A stretch of DNA of 64,000 nucleotides from assembly GCA_035461175.1 (NCBI GenBank), contig DATHVR010000073.1, forward strand, positions 9,871-73,870, written 5' to 3'. Below, piece by piece: positions 17,835 to 27,074 of this stretch. A program made the position numbers and the translations under genes. The notes under the pieces are model-generated. The model was not told where the DNA came from and ran no database searches. It worked only from the letters and a program-made list of their open reading frames with translations. Within the stretch, counting starts at the first letter, position 1, and the number at the start of each line of letters is the position of its first letter. The DNA is from Acidimicrobiia bacterium (GTDB lineage: Bacteria; Actinomycetota; Acidimicrobiia; Spongiisociales; ZC4RG35).

Positions 17835-18947
17835 CTAGCCGATCACCGCTCCCAGGGACGCCCGGATCGCCTTCCATCCGTCCCGGCGCGGATCGAGGAG
17901 ATCGAAGTGGCGAGTGCCGGCCAGGACAGTGACGTCCACCCCGGCTCCTTCACCCCCGAGGCTCTCGCCGTAAGCAATGGTCTGGGAAGACGGCACCACC
18001 GGATCGTCTTCACCGTGGACCAGGGCCAGGTGGCCGCCGGGGCGGCCGGCCCGCATGGGGTCGGTGCGGTGCTGCGGGTCGAAGGCGGGGACCGCCCCCG
18101 GGCCGAGGTCGTGCTCGTCGGCCACCGCCAGGTCGTAGATGCCCGCCACGCCGACGGTGAGTCGCTGGGGGGTGGGGGCGCTGAGCGCATGCCACACCGC
18201 CAGGTGGGCACCGGCGGAGTGGCCGACCACCGCCACCTCCGGCACCTCCAGCCAGTCCCGGGCACGATGGATGGCACGAGCGACGTCGGCGGTGGTGGCC
18301 ACAAACCCACCGCCCGACCCCACCCGGCGGTACTCGATGCTGGCCACCGCCACTCCTTCGGTGGCGAGATCTACCGCCCAGCCCTCCACCGTGTCGAGAC
18401 CCCAGGCGTCGGACCAGAAGCCGCCGTGGACGAGGACCACGCCCACGTCGCCCCCCGATCCCCGCATGTGCATGACCTGGTCAGGGTGCGGCCCGTAGCG
18501 TCCGATCAGCGGAGGGTTGACCTGGCGATGGACGAGGTGTCGCAGGGCGGCCCTGTAACCCTCGGCGCCGCGTCCGAAGACCGAGAGAACACAGGCGGGT
18601 GCCACGGTCGAACGCCGTCTCCACCGCTCGCGACCCCGCACGTTGGAGAGGTGCACCTCCACCGCCGGCGTCTCCACCGCCAGCAGGGCGTCGTGCAGTG
18701 CCTGGGAGGTGTGGGTGAGCGCCCCCGGGTTGATCACTATCCCGGCACTGTCCCGGGCGGAGTGGATCGCCTCGACGATGGCGCCCTCGTGGTTGCTCTG
18801 GATCCAGCGGATCTCCAATCCCAGATCGTCGCCCCAGCCCCGAACCCGGGCGGCGAGCTCGCTCAGTGTCAGAGCTCCATAGACCTCGGGTTGGCGCCGG
18901 CCGAGCAGGTCGAGGTTGGGGCCGTTCACACAGACGACGGTGGGCAT
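17835..18947 (-). CDS. aroQ: Fusion protein: type II 3-dehydroquinate dehydratase (AroQ) N-terminal domain plus a C-terminal alpha/beta-hydrolase (esterase-like; HGG and GxSxG motifs).
   Basis: N-terminus …VNGPNLDLLGRRQPEVYG…QSNHEGAIVEAIH…INPGALTHTS…VEVHLSNV…. The C-terminal half contains VLVHGGFW… and GHSAGAHLA (nucleophile elbow). It is a single uninterrupted 370-codon ORF. Confidence 0.7.
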   Translation of the reverse strand: MPTVVCVNGPNLDLLGRRQPEVYGALTLSELAARVRGWGDDLGLEIRWIQSNHEGAIVEAIHSARDSAGIVINPGALTHTSQALHDALLAVETPAVEVHLSNVRGRERWRRRSTVAPACVLSVFGRGAEGYRAALRHLVHRQVNPPLIGRYGPHPDQVMHMRGSGGDVGVVLVHGGFWSDAWGLDTVEGWAVDLATEGVAVASIEYRRVGSGGGFVATTADVARAIHRARDWLEVPEVAVVGHSAGAHLAVWHALSAPTPQRLTVGVAGIYDLAVADEHDLGPGAVPAFDPQHRTDPMRAGRPGGHLALVHGEDDPVVPSSQTIAYGESLGGEGAGVDVTVLAGTRHFDLLDPRRDGWKAIRASLGAVIG

Positions 18948-19012
18948 CGGCAGAGGTTAGGCCGAATGGGTGCTTGCCCCCTATAGGATGATCGCTTCCG
19001 AGAACGAGCGAC

Positions 19013-19033
19013 GGGAACCATTGGCGGGTTCCC
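19013..19033. promoter_or_regulatory. Perfect 7-7-7 palindrome GGGAACC-attggcg-GGTTCCC in the divergent promoter region; candidate operator.
   Basis: Seen directly in the sequence. It lies between the divergently transcribed aroQ-fusion gene and the lipoprotein gene. Confidence 0.3.
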
Positions 19034-19082
19034 CGACGTCTTGAGGGGGACGATGCCCACTTCCTGCGATGCTCCGGCCACG

Positions 19083-19850
19083 ATGCCTGCCCGGGTCCGG
19101 TTCCGACCGGCCCTGGTCGGTCTGGCGCTGCTCGCACTGGCTACGACTGCATGCTCCGATGAGGCCCTGGGAAAGCTGGGAGGAAGGTCGTCGGACTGGA
19201 TCGGCGAAGTCGCCACCACCGCCACGACCACCACCACCATCGCCCCCTCGCGAACCCGGCCCGCCACCGCTGTCGACTGGCACAACGACGAGTTGGGCGA
19301 GCCCGAACCCGAGGCGACGCCCGACGAGGTGCTGGCGGCGGTGTTCGCCCGGGCGGGCGACAGCTCCCAGTACCTCCAGGCGTCCCGGGCCGAGATCGCC
19401 GCCGCCGTTCCCGAGGTCGCCTTCCCCGAGACGGTGCCGGCCTCGGTGGGCTACATAACCTCCCAGTTGGTCATCGAAAGCCGGATCCTGCGCCTCTCCG
19501 CCGAGCCCACCGTGGCGTTCGGGCTCTGGTCGGTCGAGCCCTATACACGCTCCCGCTCGGTGGGCCAGGTGGCCATCCTCAACGTGTCGACTGATCCCAA
19601 CGGCGCCGAGGTAGCCAACGACCCCAACGTCGAGGCGACCTGTGCCGCCTTCACCGGAGAGAACCGGGTGTGCGGGATGGAGGACTTCCTCGAGCAGCCG
19701 GTGTGGCGCCTGGAAGGCGAGAGCGGGGTCACCCATCTGTGGTATCAGGGTCAGTACCGCTACGAGCTCGAAGGTCGGATCGACGAGGAGGTAATGCACG
19801 AGGTCATAGCGTCGATGACCTCGCTGGCCGATCTCCTCCCGGCCGGCTGA
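19083..19850 (+). CDS. Hypothetical lipoprotein. The ORF extends to 19041; the MPARVRF… start at 19083 is preferred.
   Basis: Signal peptide with lipobox LVGLALLALATTAC followed by a Thr-rich linker (TTATTTTTIAP). Confidence 0.55.
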   Translation: MPARVRFRPALVGLALLALATTACSDEALGKLGGRSSDWIGEVATTATTTTTIAPSRTRPATAVDWHNDELGEPEPEATPDEVLAAVFARAGDSSQYLQASRAEIAAAVPEVAFPETVPASVGYITSQLVIESRILRLSAEPTVAFGLWSVEPYTRSRSVGQVAILNVSTDPNGAEVANDPNVEATCAAFTGENRVCGMEDFLEQPVWRLEGESGVTHLWYQGQYRYELEGRIDEEVMHEVIASMTSLADLLPAG

Positions 19851-19988
19851 CCCTCCCGGAACCCGGGACCCGGCCCGTATCCTGATCGGCGGAGGTCGAC
19901 CATCTACCACGGCAGCGGCTGGCGCAGCTACATCCAGTACGACGAGGACCAGGATCGTCCCGATCTGGACCGCACCCTGCTCAAGCGG

Positions 19989-21800
19989 GTGTGGTCGTAT
20001 GCCGTGCCCTACCGCCGCTACCTGCTCGGGATCCTGGTCACGGTGCTGGTCATCAGCGGGCTGGGCGTGGTGCCGGCGATCCTGATCCGCTACATCATCG
20101 ACGACGCCTTCGTCAACCGCGACATGGGTCTCCTCACCGTCCTCGGGGCGGGGATGCTGGCCGTGCCGGTGATCTCGGCCCTGGTCGGGATCGTCCAGCG
20201 GTGGTGGTCGTCGAGGGCGGGGGAGGGAATCATCTTCGATCTCCGCTCACAACTCTTCGCGCATCTGTCACGGATGTCACTGCGCTTCTTCACCGCCACC
20301 AAGACCGGCGAGCTGATGAACCGGCTCAACAGTGACGTGATCGGCGCCCAGCAGGCCATCACCGGCACGTTCGTCACGATCCTCTCCAACCTGGTGGCGG
20401 TGGTGGCGGCGCTGGTGGTGATGCTGGCGGCGGACTGGCGCCTGACCCTGCTGGCGCTGGCGGCGATGCCGCTGTTCGTGATTCCCGCCCGCCGGGTGGC
20501 ACGGACCCTGCGCACCATCACCGAATCGCAGATGGAGCGCAACGCCGCCATGTCGGGAATCCTCCAGGAGGCCTTCAACGTCAGCGGCGCCCTGTTGATC
20601 AGGTTGTTCGGTCAGAGTGCCGCCGAGCAGAGGCGCTTCGAACGGGAGGCGGCCGCGGTGCGCGACCTGGGCGTGCGCCGGGCGATGGTGGGACGCTGGT
20701 TCTTCGCCTCGCTCGGCCTCATCAGCGCTGTGGGTACGGCGGCCATCTTCTGGGTGGGTGGATGGCTGGTGATCCGAGGAGAGATGGATCCCGGCGTGGT
20801 GGTGATGTTCGCCACGCTCCTGGTCCAGCTCTACGGACCACTCTCCGGCCTGTCCAACAGCCGGGTCGAGTTCGCCACCTCGCTGGTCTCATTCGAGCGG
20901 GTCTTCGAAGTTCTCGACCTGGAGATCGACATCCCCCAGCCGGTCGACCCGGTGCAACTCGACCGCGTCGACGGCGAGGTCGTTCTCGAAAAGGTCTCTT
21001 TCCAGTATGGGAGCGGCGACTCCGCCGGCCTGGCGGCGGTCAAGCGGTGGCGCGACACCGGCTCCGACATCGACGCCCAGGCGATGGCCCCCACCCGGGC
21101 GTGGGCAATCGAGGACGTCAGCTTCCGGGCCGCGCCGGGCACCCTTACCGCGCTGGTGGGGCCGTCGGGAGCAGGAAAGACCACCATCTCCTATCTGATC
21201 CCCCGCCTGTATGACGTCAGCGAAGGAGCGGTGCGGATCGACGGGCACGACGTCCGCACCCTCGCTCTCGAGACGATCTCCGCGGCGATCGGCGTCGTCA
21301 CTCAGGAGACCTATCTGTTCCACGACACGATCGCCGCCAACCTGCGCTATGCCCGCCCCGACGCCGGCGAAGACGAACTCGAGCAAGCCGCCGAGGCAGC
21401 CAACATCGCCGAGCTGATCCGGGCCATGCCCAACGGCTTCAACACCATCGTGGGGGAACGTGGCTACCGGCTCTCCGGCGGCGAGAAACAGCGCCTGGCC
21501 ATCGCCCGGGTCATCCTCAAGGATCCCCGGATCCTGATCCTGGATGAGGCCACCTCCCATCTCGACTCCCGTTCCGAGGCTCTGATCCAGGAGGCGCTGG
21601 AGCGCTTAATGGAGGGCCGGACCGCCCTGGTCATCGCCCATCGGCTCTCCACGGTGCGCTCGGCCGATCAGATCCTGGTCCTCGACCAGGGACGACTCGT
21701 CGAGACCGGCACTCACGAGGAGCTGGTGGAGGCGGGTGGCCTCTACACCACCCTGTACCGAACCCAGTTCCGGGAAGAAGCCCCCGTCCTCGACAGCTGA
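19989..21800 (+). CDS. ABC transporter, fused permease/ATP-binding protein (type I exporter, MsbA-like).
   Basis: Six-TM exporter domain followed by an NBD with Walker A GPSGAGKTT, signature LSGGEKQRLAIAR and Walker B ILILDEATS. An in-frame upstream peptide (…LDRTLLKR) has no canonical start codon. Confidence 0.85.
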   Translation: MWSYAVPYRRYLLGILVTVLVISGLGVVPAILIRYIIDDAFVNRDMGLLTVLGAGMLAVPVISALVGIVQRWWSSRAGEGIIFDLRSQLFAHLSRMSLRFFTATKTGELMNRLNSDVIGAQQAITGTFVTILSNLVAVVAALVVMLAADWRLTLLALAAMPLFVIPARRVARTLRTITESQMERNAAMSGILQEAFNVSGALLIRLFGQSAAEQRRFEREAAAVRDLGVRRAMVGRWFFASLGLISAVGTAAIFWVGGWLVIRGEMDPGVVVMFATLLVQLYGPLSGLSNSRVEFATSLVSFERVFEVLDLEIDIPQPVDPVQLDRVDGEVVLEKVSFQYGSGDSAGLAAVKRWRDTGSDIDAQAMAPTRAWAIEDVSFRAAPGTLTALVGPSGAGKTTISYLIPRLYDVSEGAVRIDGHDVRTLALETISAAIGVVTQETYLFHDTIAANLRYARPDAGEDELEQAAEAANIAELIRAMPNGFNTIVGERGYRLSGGEKQRLAIARVILKDPRILILDEATSHLDSRSEALIQEALERLMEGRTALVIAHRLSTVRSADQILVLDQGRLVETGTHEELVEAGGLYTTLYRTQFREEAPVLDS

Positions 21801-21837
21801 CGGTTCCGCGGCTACCGGTGTCTGGGCCGGGCCTGGC

Positions 21838-22239
21838 TCAGGCTCCCCGGGTGAGGTTGTCGACCATGAGGTCATCGGGGGTGGCGAGCATGAGTACCCG
21901 GCCGTCGGAGGCGATCCACAGGTCGGTGGCGGCCCGCATCCACACCCCCTCGGGGAGTACGGCCAGCGCCGCCTTACGCCCCCGGGCGGGCCGGTAGACC
22001 AGAACCCGACGGGCGGGAGCCCCGACCGCCGGCAGCGGACCGACGAGGTCGAAGTTGCCGAACAGGCCGGCGATGCCTTCGGCCGGGTCGAGCGGCCCCC
22101 GTGCCCCGAAGAACTCGAGCAGCCCGCACTGGCCGCAGGCGATGACCCCGATCCGGCCGACGGTCTGGAGAGCGTGGCGGCATTCGTCCGAGGTAGTGGT
22201 GTTGCCGGTTTCGTCGATGTGGATTGCCATGTCCGTCAA
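21838..22239 (-). CDS. Hypothetical protein with Cys motifs (…SDECRH…ACGQCG…).
   Basis: ORF in a gene-sized gap with genome-typical codon bias. No family recognised. Confidence 0.3.
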   Translation of the reverse strand: MTDMAIHIDETGNTTTSDECRHALQTVGRIGVIACGQCGLLEFFGARGPLDPAEGIAGLFGNFDLVGPLPAVGAPARRVLVYRPARGRKAALAVLPEGVWMRAATDLWIASDGRVLMLATPDDLMVDNLTRGA

Positions 22240-22267
22240 GCTACGAGACGGGTGTGACAGATTCCGC

Positions 22268-22771
22268 TCAGATCTCCAGCCGGGGCATCTCGAACGTGTC
22301 CTCGAGGCGCGGCCCCGGCACCAGGAGGATGGGACGGAGGGACTGTTCCATCACCCGTGAGGAGACGCTGCGCCACGCCTCTTCCGTGAAGAGTCGGCGG
22401 GTGGCGCCCATCACCAGCATGTCGGCCTCGAACTCCTCGGCAGTATCGATGATGGCGCGGGCAGGGTCGTCGCCCTCCACAAAGCGAACCTCGGCTTCGA
22501 GGCCCTCGGCGGCGAGGGCGGCGATGATCGGATCCACCGCCCGCCGGCCCCGTTCCTCGAGATAGGACAAGGCTTTGGCCTCGGGATCGCCCCGCTCGTC
22601 GTCGGCGAGCAAGGAGCGCCGGTCCTCGTCGTCGAGAGCATCGAGGAAGGTGCGCGGCACCTGGATCACGGTCATGACCCTGAACACGCCGTCCTCGCCG
22701 CCCAGTCGCCGGCACAGTTCGGCAACGGGGACAGGGGGAAGCACGCCGGTGGTGGCGATGAGGATTCTCAC
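22268..22771 (-). CDS. Universal stress protein (UspA family). GTG start at 22771; the ORF extends to 22804.
   Basis: VRILIATTGV…, …ADMLVMGATRRLFTEEAWRSVSSRVMEQSLRPILLV…. Confidence 0.7.
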   Translation of the reverse strand: MRILIATTGVLPPVPVAELCRRLGGEDGVFRVMTVIQVPRTFLDALDDEDRRSLLADDERGDPEAKALSYLEERGRRAVDPIIAALAAEGLEAEVRFVEGDDPARAIIDTAEEFEADMLVMGATRRLFTEEAWRSVSSRVMEQSLRPILLVPGPRLEDTFEMPRLEI

Positions 22772-22821
22772 GACCTCGGTCAGGTTAGGGTTCGACGGGA
22801 GCAAGCGTCGAGGAGACCGAG

Positions 22822-23334
22822 ATGAACCAAGTCAATCCAGAAACGATCAACCAGGTCACGTTCAAGATCCCCAACGCCTTGGCCCTGGTCGGATCGCGCT
22901 CGGGCGACACCTGGAACGGCATGACCACCTCGTGGATAACCCAACTCTCGATGGAACCTGTCCTGGTGGGTATCGGCGTCGACAACAAGGCCGTCACCCA
23001 CCGCCTGATCAGCGAATCGGGTGTGTTCACGGTGAACCTGTGGTTGCCCGAGGAGACCCGGGTGTTCGTGAAGTTCTCCAAGCCCGCCGAGAAGGAGGGC
23101 ATGACCCTCAACGGCTGGGAGATCCGCGAGGGGGTCACCGGCGCGCCCATCTTCGAGGACGCCATCGCCTGGTTCGAGTGCGAGGTACGTCAATCCCACG
23201 ACCTCGGCACCCACACCCTGTTCATCGGAGAGATCGTGGCGGCGGGAGCCGACCCCGAACATGCCGAGGGCCGGGCTGCGGCCATGAGCGACACCCGCAT
23301 GAAATACGGCGGAGTCAAACGCGGCGGCCACTGA
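22822..23334 (+). CDS. Flavin reductase family protein (FMN-binding split-barrel, NAD(P)H-flavin oxidoreductase-like).
   Basis: …LALVGSRSGDTWNGMTTSWITQLSMEPVLVGIGV…FTVNL… domain pattern, 170 aa. Confidence 0.6.
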   Translation: MNQVNPETINQVTFKIPNALALVGSRSGDTWNGMTTSWITQLSMEPVLVGIGVDNKAVTHRLISESGVFTVNLWLPEETRVFVKFSKPAEKEGMTLNGWEIREGVTGAPIFEDAIAWFECEVRQSHDLGTHTLFIGEIVAAGADPEHAEGRAAAMSDTRMKYGGVKRGGH

Positions 23335-23345
23335 GTGATAAGTAA

Positions 23346-23470
23346 TAGGTGGTAGGTGGTAGGTACCTCGCTGCCGGGACCACCTTGATAGATACCCCCG
23401 GGCCAACGGTGAACACCGTGAGCAGAGACGGCGGGTACGACGACGATGCTGACCTACCACCTACCACCCA
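23346..23470. repeat. Long inverted repeat (19-bp arms, ~87-nt loop) built from GGTAGGT-type G/T-rich units, between convergent genes. Candidate bidirectional terminator, REP-like element or small RNA.
   Basis: Left arm TAGGTGGTAGGTGGTAGGT (23346-23364) pairs with right arm ACCTACCACCTACCACCCA (23452-23470), 18/19 complementary. Confidence 0.6.
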
Positions 23471-23518
23471 TGACTCACCACCGCTCCCGGCCAGGCAGGC
23501 TCACCCGTCGACCTCGTC

Positions 23519-24718
23519 CTAGCCCGGCGGGGGGTAGCCGGGGCGGCCGGCGGCGACCCAATCGGCCAGGGCCTCGGAGGTGGCGACATCCCGACCCTGG
23601 TCCGTCGCCATGATGTAGCGATGATGGAGGAGGTCGCAGTAGGCCTGGACCGGGTCGCTGACCCCCTCGATCTCACGCAGGCGGGCGATGGTGGGCTCGA
23701 ATTCCCCCGCCCGCCAGCGTACGGCGGCGACGCTCTTCTTGGCGGGGGACTCGGCACCCCTGCGGGCCTGGAAATAGAAGAGATCGCTGAGAATCTGCCG
23801 GGCCTGATTCTCCAGAGCCTCCACCCCGGTCAGGTCGCGGAGACGCTGACGGTGGAAGGTACGTCCGCCCAGGCTCAGCTTGAAACGCAGTTCCGACCCC
23901 CCCGCCACCGGGACCAGGTCCACCTCCTCGACATCGAATCCGAGGGCGTTGATCCGCTGGATCCGCTCGGCGATCCGGTAACGCTCACCGGCCGGGATCA
24001 CCTCTTCGTGACGGAGCTCACGCCACAGGTCGTGGTAGCGCTCGGCGATCTCTTCACCCAGGGCCAGGTCGGCCTCGTCCAGGGTCTTGTTCGCCTGGGC
24101 GGCGATGTCGGCCATGCCGCCGGCGACGTTCTCGACCATGATGGCGATGTCCTCGTCCCGGCGACCGTCGGATAACCCATCGGTATGGATGGAGGCGGTC
24201 TCGGCGTCGACCATGACGGTCTTGAGGGCGTCGGCGTCCCAGCGGTAGAGGACGTTCGAGAGCGAGCAGTCGCCCCAGAAACAGTTGGTCAGGTGGAGCT
24301 GGACGAGGAGGTAGGCGAAGGCGTCCAGCATGCGGGTCCGGTTGAGCCCGAAGCCGGGCCCGGCGAGCAGCTCGCGATAGGAGAATGAGAAGGATTCGTA
24401 GAGCGTGATCAGGGCGGCCGATTCCTCGTCGTGGCGGTCGGAGGTGCGGTCGGTGACGATCCCCACCGGGGTCACCGCCGGGGCGGCGCTGTTCTCCAGC
24501 CGGCGCAGTACCTCGTAGTCGTTGCGGGCCGCCCGCTCCGGCAGCTCCTTGATCACGTAGATGTGACCCCCGGTCTCCAGGAACCTGACCGTGTGGCGGG
24601 AGATCCCCTTGGGGAGCTCGATCAGCTGGGGGATGTCCCATCGGGTCAGCGAGCGCGACCATGGGTAGTCGAGAAAGTCGGGATGTCCGGCCCGAATGGT
24701 TATGCTCGGTGGGGGCAT
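23519..24718 (-). CDS. Conserved hypothetical protein, probably DUF4032 / kinase-like fold.
   Basis: 399 aa; …HIYVIKELPERAARNDYEVLRRLE…; typical codon usage. Family assignment is from memory and not certain. Confidence 0.4.
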   Translation of the reverse strand: MPPPSITIRAGHPDFLDYPWSRSLTRWDIPQLIELPKGISRHTVRFLETGGHIYVIKELPERAARNDYEVLRRLENSAAPAVTPVGIVTDRTSDRHDEESAALITLYESFSFSYRELLAGPGFGLNRTRMLDAFAYLLVQLHLTNCFWGDCSLSNVLYRWDADALKTVMVDAETASIHTDGLSDGRRDEDIAIMVENVAGGMADIAAQANKTLDEADLALGEEIAERYHDLWRELRHEEVIPAGERYRIAERIQRINALGFDVEEVDLVPVAGGSELRFKLSLGGRTFHRQRLRDLTGVEALENQARQILSDLFYFQARRGAESPAKKSVAAVRWRAGEFEPTIARLREIEGVSDPVQAYCDLLHHRYIMATDQGRDVATSEALADWVAAGRPGYPPPG

Positions 24719-24866
24719 GGCGGACAGGCTATTCGCCGCACCGCCTCAGGGCCCGGATCGGCTGTGCTGGGCCGTCGGACCCATGGCGGAGGGTTTTCCG
24801 GTAACACATCATGTTCCCGGGCGACTGACACAATGTACGCCCGCCTCCCCTCCCAACAGAAGATAA

Positions 24867-25463
24867 ATGACACCGCGTAACCAGCGAGACCGAGACCTGC
24901 TGCTCCAGGCGATGGAACACATCGTCGAAGATCTCCATGGACACGTCCACCGGGTGGCCGACCTGGCCGTGGCACTGGGACGCACTCTCGATCTAGGTGA
25001 CGCCGACATCGCCCGTCTCGGGTTGGTCGGCGTCTTACACGACGTCGGCAAGGTACACGTCGACCCCACCATCCTGGCCAAGCCGGGGCCGCTCGATCCG
25101 ATCGAACTCGATCACATGCGCCGGCATCCCGAGCTCGGATTCGCCATGACGGTGGACCGCTTCGACCGCCGTGTCTCCGAGGCAATTCTCTATCACCATG
25201 AACGGTATGACGGGGCGGGCTACCCCTTCGGCCTCGCCGGCGTGGAGATTCCGGTACTGGCGCGGATCGTCCTGGTGGCGGACGCATTCGACGCCATGGT
25301 CAGCCATCGTTCCTACCAGCCGGCGCTGCCCGCTGAGATGGCGGTGGAGGAGATCAACCTCTTCGCCGGATCTCAGTTCGACCCGATGGTGGTGGAGGCG
25401 TTCAACGACGTCACCCGGCGCGGCCGCCTCCCGGTCGGTCCCACCGTGGCCGCCGGTTCCTGA
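24867..25463 (+). CDS. HD-GYP domain phosphohydrolase (putative c-di-GMP phosphodiesterase), standalone.
   Basis: HD motif (VLHDVGK) and HHERYDGAGYP (HD-GYP signature). Confidence 0.8.
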   Translation: MTPRNQRDRDLLLQAMEHIVEDLHGHVHRVADLAVALGRTLDLGDADIARLGLVGVLHDVGKVHVDPTILAKPGPLDPIELDHMRRHPELGFAMTVDRFDRRVSEAILYHHERYDGAGYPFGLAGVEIPVLARIVLVADAFDAMVSHRSYQPALPAEMAVEEINLFAGSQFDPMVVEAFNDVTRRGRLPVGPTVAAGS

Positions 25464-25466
25464 ACC

Positions 25467-26276
25467 TCAGGACTTCCACCGCTCCAGGTAGTTCGCCACC
25501 GCCCGGTCATGCTCGGGATCGGCGTGGCTGAGCGCCTGCAGAGCCGCCGAGAACTCGAGGAACCCGTCGAGATCCATGCTGCGGGAGTGGCGCAGCAGGC
25601 GCTTGGTGTAGCGGACGGAATGGAGGGGCTTGGAGGCGATCTCTCCCGCCAGGCTGGCGGCCTCATCCAGTAACCGGTCGGCCTCGACCACCCGCAGGAG
25701 GATGTCGAGAGTAACCGCCTCTTCAGCCGACACCCGACGTGCCGTGAGAGCGATTTCGGTGGCTGCCTGCCATCCCACCACGCGGGGGAGAAGCCACGCC
25801 CCGCCGTCGCCGGGAATGATCCCCAGATCGACGAAAGTATGGGCGAACCAGGCCTCCGGAGATCCCAGCCGCAGGTCGCATCCCAACACCAGGTCGAAGC
25901 CGGCGCCCACGGCCGGGCCGTTGACGGCGGCGATCGTCACTGCCTCGGTGTGGGCCACCGCCCGGGTGAGACGCTGGATGGTGGATCGGTAGTTCTCAGC
26001 CACCTCTCCCACCGTTCCCGAGAACATGCCGGTGCCGGCCGCCATGTCCTTGACGTTGCCGCCTGCCGAGAAGGCGCTCCCCGCTCCTGTGACCACCAGG
26101 ACCGGGGCGGGCGGACGGTCGAAGACGTCGACGATCTCCCCCAGCATCTCCGGGTCCGTCAGGGCGTTGCGTACCTCGGGACGGTTGAGAGTGAGAACCG
26201 CAAACCCTTCCTGGACATCCAGACTGGTGTGGCTGCGGTCTCGCTCCGAACCGGTGTCACCCTCGGCCGGAGTCAC
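25467..26276 (-). CDS. Enoyl-CoA hydratase/isomerase (crotonase) family protein. GTG start at 26276 overlaps the BtpA stop (GTGA); the ORF-track frame extends spuriously to 26843.
   Basis: …FAVLTLNRPEVRNAL…AAVNGPAVGAGFDLVLGCDLRL…. Confidence 0.75.
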   Translation of the reverse strand: MTPAEGDTGSERDRSHTSLDVQEGFAVLTLNRPEVRNALTDPEMLGEIVDVFDRPPAPVLVVTGAGSAFSAGGNVKDMAAGTGMFSGTVGEVAENYRSTIQRLTRAVAHTEAVTIAAVNGPAVGAGFDLVLGCDLRLGSPEAWFAHTFVDLGIIPGDGGAWLLPRVVGWQAATEIALTARRVSAEEAVTLDILLRVVEADRLLDEAASLAGEIASKPLHSVRYTKRLLRHSRSMDLDGFLEFSAALQALSHADPEHDRAVANYLERWKS

Positions 26277-27070
26277 GCCAATCCCGCCCGGGTGGCAGCC
26301 GAGAGGAAGGCCTCGATCCGGGCGGGGTCGAGGGGGGCGCCCGGCCTTCCGCCTTCCTCCAGACTGGTGCCGACCACGACGTGATCGGCCACCTCGGCCA
26401 GCCGCCCGAGATTGTCGGGCGTTGCGCCCGATCCCACCACCAGCGGGGCCTCGGGCACTGCCGACCGGATTCTGGCGAAGCGCTCCAGGTCGGGGGCATG
26501 GCCGGTCCCGGTGCCGGAAACGATCAGGGCGTGGGCCCCACCCCGCTCCCAGGTATCGACGGCGCTCTGTTCCAGGGTCAGCCCCGGGGGTGGGGAGGCA
26601 TGTTTGACGAAGATGTCGGCCCAGATCCCCACTTCCGGGGCGAGACGGACCCGCTCTCGCGCCACCTCGGCCGCCTGTCCGACGATCGGACCCTGATCGG
26701 TGTACATCGAGCCGGTGAGCACGTTGACGCGGATGAAGGAGGCGCCGGTGGCCGCTGCCACCGCCACGGCCGAGAGGGCATCGTTTCTGAGCACGTTCAC
26801 ACCCACCCGGGCGCCGACATCGGATCGAATTGCGCTGACGCACGCCGTCATCGCCGCCACCGTGACGGCGGGGACGGTCCCGGCGTGGAAGGGGACATCG
26901 CCGAAGTTCTCGATCATCAGTGCCCCGAACCCGGCCTGTTCGAGTGTCTGGGCCCGATCGACGGCATCTTCCACCACCTGCTGCATCGATGCGGCGTAAG
27001 CGGGGGATCCGGGAAGAGGCTGGAGGTGGACCATCCCCACCAGGGCGGGGAGGTCGGCGACTTTCGCCAC
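26273..27070 (-). CDS. BtpA/SgcQ-family TIM-barrel protein.
   Basis: MAKVADLPALVGMVHLQPLPGSPAY… (BtpA N-terminal hallmark), 265 aa. Confidence 0.6.
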   Translation of the reverse strand: MAKVADLPALVGMVHLQPLPGSPAYAASMQQVVEDAVDRAQTLEQAGFGALMIENFGDVPFHAGTVPAVTVAAMTACVSAIRSDVGARVGVNVLRNDALSAVAVAAATGASFIRVNVLTGSMYTDQGPIVGQAAEVARERVRLAPEVGIWADIFVKHASPPPGLTLEQSAVDTWERGGAHALIVSGTGTGHAPDLERFARIRSAVPEAPLVVGSGATPDNLGRLAEVADHVVVGTSLEEGGRPGAPLDPARIEAFLSAATRAGLA

Positions 27071-27074
27071 CGGT

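Noticed and set aside
24800-24830. Near-palindrome GTAACAcatcaTGTTCC in the DUF4032/HD-GYP intergenic region as a LexA box
   Set aside because: It has a 5-nt spacer and a TAACA half-site, so it does not fit GAAC-N4-GTTC. Left unassigned.
25467-26843. 458-aa minus-strand ORF (crotonase frame extended upstream)
   Set aside because: The upstream 190 codons are Arg/Gly/Pro-rich and overlap the BtpA gene in another frame. The true crotonase starts at the GTG at 26276, which overlaps the BtpA stop.
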